DNA of 64,000 bases, taken from assembly GCA_964234715.1 (NCBI GenBank), contig OZ174285.1. The stretch is one strand, 5' to 3'. Both the position numbers and the translations under genes were made by a program. The notes below the pieces were generated by a model. It had not been told where the DNA came from. It did no database searches and saw nothing but the letters and a program-made list of their open reading frames with translations. The DNA comes from Podarcis melisellensis. Lineage: Eukaryota. Below are positions 53,760 to 64,000 of this stretch, piece after piece. How positions within the stretch are numbered: the stretch's first letter is position 1; the number at the start of each line of letters is the position of its first letter.

Positions 53760-54200
53760 CATCTGCAATCTCTAGCAAGTGGTGACAAGATTCCAGGGAG
53801 TTCCAGAAGTTCACCCTAGGGTTTGTGTTTCCTTTGGAAATTAGGCACAGCGGAGACTGCAGTGTCTTTATGAAATATGGTTTATTTACATATATTTACA
53901 ACCTGCGTCTAGATGAAGAGAGTTCAGAGCATTGACATATCCAGAGGGGCTTGCTCCCTGTATCAGCACAGCAAAGAATTCAAAGGCACCCCAAGCGCCA
54001 ATCTCCATCTCTCTGTCCCAACCTGTCACATCTAGGTTGCCAAGAGTTCTGCTGCCCCCCTGCTCCCCTGCTTTTCAAGTCTCAATTTTTCCTGCCTCCG
54101 ATGTCATTGCCCACTGAAACCCTGGCATTGCCTGATCTTTCCCTGATGGACTGACTGCCCATCAGTACCTTTGTTCTTCTTGATGGCTTCTCTCCCAGGA
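53760..54200 (-). mobile_element. LTR-like element, right member of the tail-to-tail pair (boundaries approximate)
   Basis: Reverse complement reads aataaaccatatttcataaagacactgcagtctccgctgtgc...ccaaaggaaacaca, matching 53527-53596. Confidence 0.55.
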
Positions 54201-55282
54201 AAAACAGCTTAGCCTGCATTTTTACACTATTCTTTTGCACCCAGGTGAAGACTCCAAGCATTTAGTAGCATTTACTAACTCTAGGAATGATGGGGAGAAT
54301 CAAGTACCCAAACTCATAACAATGTTTAACTGCTAAGCACTAGTAGGCACTTAGGGAAAAGAAGATTTACAAATAAATGGGTGCAAATTTTGGCAGCAAT
54401 TTGTAAGGACTGAACATGACAATCAAGGGTTTTTTTAAGCTCTAATCTGATGTTCCTTATAATAACAAACAGGAAAGATCTGAAAGCAAATTACTGCTCA
54501 AGATCTCATAATAAGCTAGAAGATGTACTTTGTATCTTCCACGAGGCAATGGCTAAGATAAATTCCTATCTAGAGCATGCCCTTGGATGATGTGTTTACT
54601 AAAAGGGAAAAAAATAAGAGTTCATGCCAAATACTGCCTTCTTTGTTTGGTGAACTAGCAGTTGCTGGCTCCTTTAAGGCTTAGTTATGCATGACAATTC
54701 TAGTCAGGGAATCCTATTCTTCATGTCACAATTCCAGTCTCCACTATCTTCTCATACATATTTTTGATGGGCAAACATCACCTGCCTTAATTCTAATTCC
54801 CCCCCAAGTGTTTGCATGCAACTGTGTGTGCTGAATGAAGTGTGCTGAACAGTTACTTCCCTTCACCAAAAGTTAACTTGATGTACATGCCTTTGCCAGC
54901 TTTATAATACAGTACTGCTCTGTATCAACTCTATTGACGTCAGAGTCAGATGGAAAGAGATTCAAAGGTTTCCAGTGCTTCAACTGAGCATTAAAAACCA
55001 GCTAAAATTCTGCCCAGTCATCCAAAGCTAAAACAGGAAAACGGACATAAAACAATGGGCAGAATATGACCTCAGCTTATACTAAAATAGTCATTAGCCA
55101 ACCTAGAAATTAGGAGAATGCATAACTGCCACCAAATAGTTTGAATGTCTAGGTCCTCCTTACCCTTCATAATGTGACTAGGGTTGGGGCAGGAATTCAT
55201 TCAGTCCACTTTTCAGAGCAGACCAACCCAATCTGATGTTCCTGAACTTGCTTGTGGATTGGAATGCAACTATCAGTAAGAT

Positions 55283-55638
55283 GGGACGCGGGTGGCGCTG
55301 TGGGTTAAACCACAGAGCCTAGGACTTGCCGATCAGAAGGTCGGCGGTTCGAATCCCCGCGACAGGGTGAGCTTCCATTGCTCGGTCCCTGCTCCTGCCA
55401 ACCTAGCAGTTCGAAAGCACGTCAAAAGTGCAAGTAGATAAATAGGTACTGCTCCAGCAGGAAGATAAACGGCTTTTCCGTGCGCTGCTCTGGTTCACCA
55501 GAAGCGGCTTAGTCATGCTGGCCACATGACCCAGAAGCTGTACGCTGGCTCCCTCGGCCAATAAAGCGAGATGAGCGTCGCAACCCCAGAGTCGGCCACG
55601 ACTGCACCTAATGTCAGGGGTCCCTTTACCTTTATCTT
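55283..55638 (+). mobile_element. Sauria SINE, full length
   Basis: GGGACGCGGGTGGCGCTG head, intact B-box GGTTCGAATCC, ACCTTT tail, 12-bp TSD TATCAGTAAGAT. Confidence 0.93.
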
Positions 55639-57289
55639 TATCAGTAAGATACCACACTTCTCTGGATTTGAGCCAGCTTTGGTCCCAGATAGTGCCTCTC
55701 AAAAATAATACTTTATTTTAAAATGCATATAAAACATGAACTTTAAGGGGTAACTGCACGGAAATATGTACAACGGAGATGTGTATTTTAAGTAACAAGT
55801 ACACACTAAATGTGTCCAGTTTAGAAGCATATCTTTCAGGCATTCTCTAAGTCAGTAAAAAGGGATGGACTGGATCTATAATTCAGAGCCAGTGAACTTG
55901 ACACAGAATGGAGTTAGACTGGTCAGTCCATCTCTAGCTGTGACATCAGAATGTTCTACATAGATAAGGCTAGGAAATATAGATTGAGGGAAATCCTGTT
56001 AGACATTATGGATGAGAAGATAAAATGAGTGGTGCAGCAGCTTGAGGGAAAGGATAAAGCCATATTTATCATAATTCAGTGATAGGGGACTTGGGGCCCT
56101 CAGTATGTTATTGGAATACAACTCCCATCATTTCTGACCATTGGCCATGTTGACAGGGCCTGGTATAAACCGAATTACCACAGCATCTGGAGATCACAAA
56201 TTCTCCACAGACATCCATATGTAAGAACAATCTCACTTTTGCAGGATATGATGTTTAATATTACAGTGAAATAAGTATCTGCTTACAGACAAGGTATATT
56301 TCATACTTCTTAAATCTCCACATTGAGGCACACTTTGACCTGTAAATAGCCCCTAGTTATGTATATAACAGTAATTAGCATTACTAAATAACAAACTGGG
56401 ACTTTTTTTTAGGTTCCAGAACTTCTTTGCAATTTTAACTTAGCTCTCTTCCACAGGAAGATATTTACCTTGATGTCAACCCAATCATAAATTTCTAAGC
56501 AGTTCAGTAAAACATAAATGATGTATAATTGGTGCTTGACAACAATCTTTTGACTGAAAAAGGGGGGGGGAACTAATCAAAAAGATCTGTTATCCACTAG
56601 TAATGTGCTTCTGCTGTTGACTATTTCTTGACTCTTTTGTACCATTTTTATTCTTTTAAAATCAGCATGGACTTGTTATATTATACAATGTAGAGATGAA
56701 CTCTAGTAACACATTTAAGCAGAGAGTAAAAGCTGAACTTGGAGAATGAAGACATGAGATACTTTCTTCTAATCTGTAGACTTCACTCATTTTTAATACA
56801 TATTAAATTGGCTCTTCATAGCTAAATTCATTTAATCATACATGCAATCCTTCAGATTTATGTTAGTTATCCCTAAATAATCAACTCATTATTTTTTCTT
56901 CATGAATTATGAATGCTAATTTCAGTGGGAGAAATGCCAAAAAATAAATAACAAGTGACAGTTTAGAATCTCAAATTGAGATAACTTGATCAAAATATGC
57001 TGTATGACTCAACCAAATTTGTTGCTTAAAATGAAGGGAAGGTAAGCTTAAGACGAAATGTTATATTATTGTGATAGATATATCACTTCACAGAAGGGGT
57101 GGGCACTTGGACTTAAGAGAAACTGGCAGAGCAATATGTCATGTTACCTGCAGACACACCAGGCAGTGAGAAGTACCACTTAGGCTACCTGAACCTCAAG
57201 CAACACCTCTGTACCCTCCCAATTTGTGTGCCCTCTCCTTCAGAGAGACTGTAATCCCATCAAGAGAAAGCCATCTCCCATCTGTGCAG

Positions 57290-59090
57290 TCTAGAGAACC
57301 ATTCACTAACAGTACCTCAGTCTTATCTAGACTGAGCTCTAGTTATTGGCTCTTATCCAGTCCATTACTGAGGCAAGACAATGGTCCAGTACATCTACTG
57401 TCACACCTGCAAATTTAAAGAAGTAGAGCTGTGTGCCATCGGCACGTTGATGACAACATACTCCAAAATTCTGGATGATCCAACTCAGTGGTTTCTTGTA
57501 GATGTTAAACATCATGGGGAAATAAAATCAGACCCTGAGGAGTACATGTTGAAGGCTCCATGGGGCCGAAGAGCATTCCCCAAGCAAATGATCCCAGCGA
57601 CCACCCAAGTAGGACAGGAACCACCACAAAGCAGTGCTACCCACCCCTAACTTGGACACCCAGTCCAGAAGGATACCATGGTCAATGGTATTCTAAGCTA
57701 CTGAGAGGTAGAGGAGACTTAACAAGGACACATTTCCCTTGGCTCTCCCCCAACAGAGGTCACCATAAAGGGCAGAGGTGCCAGCTTGAAAGGGTGATGG
57801 AGGGGGGGGGGATGTCACAGGCATGACGTCAGGACACTGGGAGCAGCCAGGAGCAGAGCTGAACATGGTGGCCACACCATGGTCAGTGGCTCCTCTACCA
57901 CCTCCTCTTAGTGACGCCACTGGCAGGAGGCTGCTTCGATCCTCCATCTTCTCCATGGCAGGAGGGGAAGGAGTTGGCCACTGGAGCTGTGCCACAATCA
58001 GCTCTTCACCTCTGTGCTCTTTGAACATTGGGGGGCCTGGCTCCTACCCAAAAAATATTGGGGAAAGGGCTCAGCCCCCAGAATACAGGCCAACCAAAGC
58101 CATTTCTGTGCCAAAACTGAGCCTAAATCCTGATTGAAATGGATCTAGAAAATCAGTTTCCTCCAAGAGCCCCTGGATCTGGCCCACAAGCGCCTGTTCT
58201 GGAACCTTGCCTGAGAAGGGGAGACTGGCAACTGGCCAGTAATTAGTTAAGATTTTCCAAATCCAGGGAGGGTTTCTTGAGCAGTGATCCCACCACTGGC
58301 TCTCACAAGGAGGCATTAATCACTCCACTGACTCAGACAGCTGTCCCTTCCTCTGCTAGTTTTTATTAGCCAAGAGGGACAAGGGTCCAGAGCCCAAGTG
58401 GTCGTCCAGACAGATCCAAGCACCTGGTCCGCATCCTCGAGCCTTACTAAGTGAAACTCATCCAACATAACAGGCAGGGGTGCCAACCTGAATAAAATAT
58501 TGGGAGGGGCTGTTAAGTATAATTGATTACATGATATGGCACATACACACCATTTGAATGGCAATGCCCATCAACATTGGAGAGTGGCCCCCTCAAATAT
58601 TTTATTGGAGACGCCAAAGACCCCCAGCCCCTAGGAGTTGACTGTGCTCTGGACACCCCTTGAGATTCATCTGCCGTAACAGTGGAGTCAAGGTCCCGGC
58701 ACACACAAGTAATTTTATCCTCAAAATGCTTTGCAGACAAGTCACCACAAGCTACCATCTGTCAGCTCCATTGGGCCAGACTGTAAAAGGCCCCGCAGTA
58801 CCCAGAAAGGTTTTGCCAGACAGCACAATTAGAATGCAATGGAGGCAGCAAAATATGCCTTCTTTGCTGCTTTTATTGCCACTACGTAGGCTCAGTTTGA
58901 CTGGAATTTTTCTCCATTCATGTTGGAGCCATCTCCCAGCCTTTTTCCTCATAAGCTCTGGAGGCCTGAGCCTTTCAGATGTTCCAAGTTGGCCAGGAAC
59001 ATCTTCAACAGGAACACCAGTCATGTCACCAGTCCTACACATGAGCAAGTCAAATTCTGCTCTCTCTCTTAGCTTCCAGTTTCTACATTC
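57290..59090 (-). mobile_element. Old degenerate L2-clade LINE with nested MITE-like insertions (about 57772-58083 and 58472-58643)
   Basis: Remnant motifs LDPCPSWLIK, NY.PV.SLPF.GKV.E, LDPFQSGFR...GTE.AL and a ADGTQLY-like segment; the GC-rich inserts begin cag(a/g)ggtgcca. Confidence 0.72.
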
Positions 59091-59094
59091 CAAC

Positions 59095-59420
59095 TGTTAT
59101 GTACTGAGTTGAAAAGGATCCAAAATGCAGCAGTCTGATTGGTCCTAGAACAACAGGATTCAGAATGCAGCAGTCTGATTGGTCCTAGAACAATGCAGCA
59201 GTACGACTGGTCCCCAGGAGCCACCCAATCCAGCTCCAGGTGGAAGTGAATCCACAACCTGATTGGCCTACATGAGAATCCCGGAATTAGCCAATCACGT
59301 GCAGCCCATTGTGTAAACAATGTATATAAAGCAGATATTGTGGGGGAACTTCCATTCCTCCTCACCACTATGAGCTGAATAAAGAGCATGAAATCCACTC
59401 TCGACTTCGAGTATATTTCA
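59095..59420 (+). mobile_element. Solo LTR rich in CCAAT boxes
   Basis: TG...CA termini, 5-bp TSD CCAAC, TATATAAA at about 59323, AATAAA at about 59378, tandem repeats containing ATTGG. Confidence 0.88.
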
Positions 59421-61159
59421 CCAACCATTAAAATATTCTCCATGGTCATGTGTTTTGTTTGGCTTTCAGTTATGCTAATATGCCATACTACCCCCTTCTT
59501 GACTGTAAAAAAGAAGTGCAAACCATGGGAAGGTGCTGGTAGTTGACCGCATATTTTTTTAAAAAAATTGTATAATTGAATACTGTATCCAATCTCACTG
59601 GGAAAGTTGACCCAATTATTCTGCGGGCGTATTATTTGATTAGTAACTTTGTTATCTTCTAACCCTTGGCATATTCATTTAGTATGCTGTGAGCTAGCTT
59701 GTTGGTAACAATGTACCACAAAAGTCTGTGTAATGAATTCTTTTGCATTTTTAGGACAGAGTTGCATGGATGTGCCCTCTTTCTTTAATCAGAAAATTGC
59801 CATCTCAGACATAGTACTTGACTAGCAAGCTCTGATTTTCTGCTTTAGGTAGAGTGAATCAAATGTTATGTGTTTTACAATTAAAGAAACCAAGCTATTG
59901 CTCTTGCAGCAAATAGTAGCATTCATTCCTTTAATGATTTTTCTTTTCTTTTTTACCCCAACAGCACATTTTAACCTGCAGCTGATTTGCTCAGAGTGCC
60001 TCATCTCATTTCAAAGGTTTTCACTAATATGTGTCAAAAGAGATTTCACTATATCATATGCTCTTTGTTTGGAAATGATTCTCATTCAAATGCCACAATT
60101 ATTAAATATAGGCAAGGTTTGCATATGTGTGCAAATAGATTGTTGGACACAAAAGGAAGTAGAAAAGGCAAACACTCCAACAAACCTCAAGTGCTAGAAC
60201 AGCTGTATACTACACCCCTGCATTTTATTTCTTGCAGCTATTTCTGTGAATTAGGGATAATACCCATTTTAACACAAAAGGCTTGAAAAGTGAAGTGGTA
60301 TGAGTCAAGTCCAAAGAACAAGCCCAACTGTAAAATAAATGACAGTAGATATCCAGCATTCCTATACTCCCACGTTGTGTTCTAACAGTCAGACCGCAGT
60401 CCAGGCAACACGGAGTGACCTCAAAATAATGTCAGTTAGTGTAATTGTAATTATACTGCAACAGACCAAGCACTTCGTGAAGAATTATTTCTCAACCTCT
60501 TATGGCTTGCCCACATTCCCACTTGTCTCGTGCTTTCTAGGCACGGGTCAAATAGGTTTTTTGTTTGCCCTGTCGCTTTCTCCTGTTCACCACTGAATCA
60601 TAACAAATGTCAATCAGGTTTTCTGCAAATTGAAGTTTGTTCTGATTCCGTGGTAAGCGGTGGGGTTTCCCAGGGAAAATGGTGGGGCCAAAGAAAAACC
60701 TCTTGAAAGCACAGGACAAGCAGAGGAAAGTGTGGGACAAGTGCAAGTGTGAATGAGCCATTTCTTTAAATGGAAGGCACCAAAAATAGGATACCCTTCT
60801 CAAGTCTGTTTCTTGCAGCTTCTAAGGTCTCTTTCCCAGCCTGATGCACACTATTTACTAATATATTTTACAGAGTTTGACTAACATACAACTGCCAAAT
60901 GCATTTCCTTTATCGTGGAAGAACAAAATAAGCAAAACAGTAGAAAGTAAATGATTGTGTGCCTCCTTGCCACTCAAGTACCGGTAATATGCTGGGGGTG
61001 GGGATACTGCAGTAGTCTATAGAGCAGGCCCTTCAGCAAGCCATCAGTGAGTCAGAACTCGCAATTTAAAAATGACTGGATTAAAGCAACGCTGCATCCT
61101 CTTAAGACACAGGTGAGCAGAAGGTAGATCCTAGGGTGATTTTCAGTAATAATAATATA

Positions 61160-62325
61160 TTTTTTATTATTCATACCCCGCCCTCCCCAGCCAAGGCCGG
61201 GCTCAGAGCGGCTTGCAAGCAATAATAAAAACAAGATGAATGATTACAACTTAAAAACAAAAATAAAATACAACATTAAAATAATGGAACGTTAAAATAT
61301 TAAAATGTAGCCTCATCGCAGGAGGAGAAGGAAAAGAAAGGGGGGGAAAAGAGAGGGAGGGAATCAAATTGGCTCCAAGCCAAAGGCCAGGCGGAGCAAC
61401 TCTGTCTTACAAGCCCTGCGGAAAGAAATCCGATCCTGCAGGGCCCTGGTCTCATGAGGCAGAGCGTTCCACCAGGCCGGAGCCAGAGTTGAAAAGGCCC
61501 TGGCTCTGGTTGAAGCCAATCTAACTTCCTTAGGGCCTGGGACCACTAGGGTGTTGCTATTTATGGACCTTGAGGCTCTCCGTGGGGCATACTGGGAGAG
61601 GCGGTCCCATAGCTACGAGAGTCCTAGGCCGTGAAGGGCTTTAAAGGTCAAAAGCAGCACCTTAAATCTGACCCTGTACTCCACCGGGAGCCAGTGCAGC
61701 TTGAAAAGCACTGGGTGAATATGCTCCCATGGCAGAGACCCCGTGAGGAGCCTCGCTGCAGCATTCTGTACCCGCTGGAGTTTCTGGGACAGCTTCAAGG
61801 GCAGCCCCGCATAGAGCGAATTACAGTAGTGAAGCCTGGAGATGACCGTCGCATGGATCACTGTGGGCAGGTCGGGGCGGGAAAGGTAAGGGACCAACTG
61901 CTTGATGCGGCGAAGGTGGAAAAATGTCGCCTTGGCTGTTGCTGTAACTTGCGCCTCCATGGAAAGGGAGGTGTCAAGGATTACACCCAAACTCTTAACG
62001 GAAGGCAATGGCCCTAATTGGGCCCCCGCAAGAGAAGGGAGTTGGTCCCTCATCCCCATGCCATCCCGACCTAGCCATAGGACCTCTGTCTTCGAAGGAT
62101 TTAGTTTCAATCGGCTCCCACGAAACCATCCAGCCACAGCTTCCAAGCATCTGGTCAGTGTGTTCGGGGCCGAGTCAGTGTGGCCATCCATCAGCAGATA
62201 GAGCTGAGTGTCATCAGCATATTGGTGACAGCCCAGCCCAAAGCTCCGGATAATCTGGGCAAGGGGGCGCATAAAGATGTTAAAAAGCATCGGGGAGAGA
62301 ATTGCGCCCTGCAGCACTCCACATT
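61160..62325 (-). mobile_element. L2-clade LINE, 5'-truncated young copy B (includes the RT YADD motif)
   Basis: QGAILSPMLFNIFM, HQYADDTQLY, LKLNPSKTE; near-identical to 5421-6333. Confidence 0.92.
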
Positions 62326-62545
62326 ACCAAGGGTTTCTGTCTTCCACTTATTTAACAATAACATCAATACCTTTCCCACCTAAGTTGGGCTGCCGAAGTG
62401 AAGAAATTGAATCAGTAGTTGGCTTTTGGGTGAAATAACTGTAAACTCATTAGTCCAGTTCTGATACTCGAAACAAATTGCTAGGCTCGGAAGGTGCTCA
62501 GAAGAATCCTGTTCTTTAATGCTGTCTTTTGCACCTTACTCTAGT

Positions 62546-62681
62546 TCAGCCTTTCCCAACCATGGATCCCCAGATGTTCTTGAGCTACAGCTCCCATCAT
62601 CCTTGATGACTAGCCATACTGGCTAGCAATGATGGGACTTGTAGTCCAACAACATCTGGGAACCCAAGGTTGAGAAGGGAT
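62546..62681. mobile_element. hAT-type MITE
   Basis: cagcctttcccaacc / ggttgagaaggg termini; flanking ACTCTAGT duplicated. Confidence 0.7.
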
Positions 62682-63146
62682 ACTCTAGTGGATAGATCAA
62701 AAAGTAGATGCAACATGACTGAAGTCTGGCCACCCATATCTTCACAGCTACTTGGTTTTTTTTACAGCTTTTAACAGCTACACCCATCACAGCATAACTA
62801 ATAGTGAGTGTGCCAATTTTCAGGATGTAAAACATGTTAGAGCACTAAGATTTATTCTTGGCAGGTTTCTACATGATGCAGAGAAAGTTCAAATTAATCA
62901 CCTATACAATACTTTAATGTTGATCCAAAATATATTTCCAAACAGTTTCTTAAACGTGGAGTCTCTGTAAAGTGCCTGCTGTAGTTCTGAAGCAAGCAAA
63001 ATATGTAAATAGATTTTTTATAGTTATGCTTTTAGATCAGATTTCTGAGTTACTTTTCCAATGCCATTTTATAGTAACAGGCTACCTTAATATCTATAAC
63101 AAGACAGAAAAGAGATCCACTTAGTACAACAGACCTGACATGCACT

Positions 63147-63292
63147 CAGTGGCGTAGCGTGGGGGGTGCAGGGGGGCCGGCCACACCGGGTGCAACATCT
63201 GGGGGTTAGGGTTAGGGGGCGCAAATCCATGGGTTAGGGGGTGCAAATTACTTGCCTTGCCCCGGGTGCTGACAACCCACGCTACGCCACTG
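63147..63292. mobile_element. Young hAT-type MITE containing TTAGGG motifs
   Basis: Perfect 17-bp TIR CAGTGGCGTAGCGTGGG; perfect 8-bp TSD CATGCACT. Confidence 0.92.
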
Positions 63293-64000
63293 CATGCACT
63301 GCTTATTATGTACTGACATTGCTCTGAGCAGATGCAACTGCACCTTAGTTTTGGATAACTTATTGAGCTGGAAGAATTAAATAGCCTGTATGTATTGCTT
63401 CACTTTTATTTTTATTTTAAATGGTAGCTATACCCCAGATTTTCATTTGCAATGCAGATCATCTTCAACTAAAAACACTACAGGCCAAATTTTAACTTGG
63501 TAAAATATTTTTACATTTCACCCTCTCATTATATGACAGGCAGTATATATTTCAGGTGAAGAGAAATGTTGGTTTTTGCTAAAAATAAGCAGTTTGCTAA
63601 ATATCTGTTTGCTTTGTTGGAAGCAGTATAGACCACTGGAATGTTCAGATGTTTCCACATGCAAATGTTGTTTCCTCCCAGCTATTTTATTTTGTAGAGG
63701 GATGGGGGTAGATGTGTCAGAAATGCTTCACAAACAGCTTTTTTTCTATTTTGAAATAAGATATGATAGGCCCTGCATACACTGTCAACTCCAGAGGCAA
63801 AATCTAACATTCATTCTAAGGTGTCTTGACGTCATTCAAGAATATTTCCCCATTTCAGTAACTGCATATCAACGCCATTCACAGCTTAAAAGTTTCCCCA
63901 CTTTATATATCACACATTCCAGCTAAAGTGAGAGAGAAAGGTGTTCCTCCACTTGCCTGCCTTGGATTGTTGGCCCAATCTGCCCTGCACCGAAGGCCAG

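Overview
Eukaryotic genomic DNA from a squamate reptile, probably a lizard (Sauria SINEs, BovB/RTE, L2 and CR1 LINEs, hAT and Tc1/mariner-type MITEs). The only host gene I can support is FRMD3 (FERM domain-containing 3) on the minus strand. Five internal coding exons (30626-30730, 19828-19870, 10952-11030, 4654-4751, 2945-3068) have GT-AG sites, join in frame and encode part of the FERM domain. The first exon lies beyond 64000 and the later exons lie before position 1. Everything else is intron, with transposable elements and one assembly gap (18985-19157). The most notable observations are: a minimal hammerhead ribozyme core in a Penelope-like fragment inserted between two tail-to-tail LTR-like sequences (53.2-54.2 kb); a permuted inverted duplication at 45.6-45.9 kb that looks like a templated insertion; two young L2 copies sharing the same premature stop; an uninterrupted ~455-codon BovB RT frame; and a set of solo LTRs nearly all antisense to FRMD3. 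I found no convincing novel multi-gene system. Most short ORFs in the track are spurious or TE-derived. All family assignments are from motif recognition by eye, not database searches.
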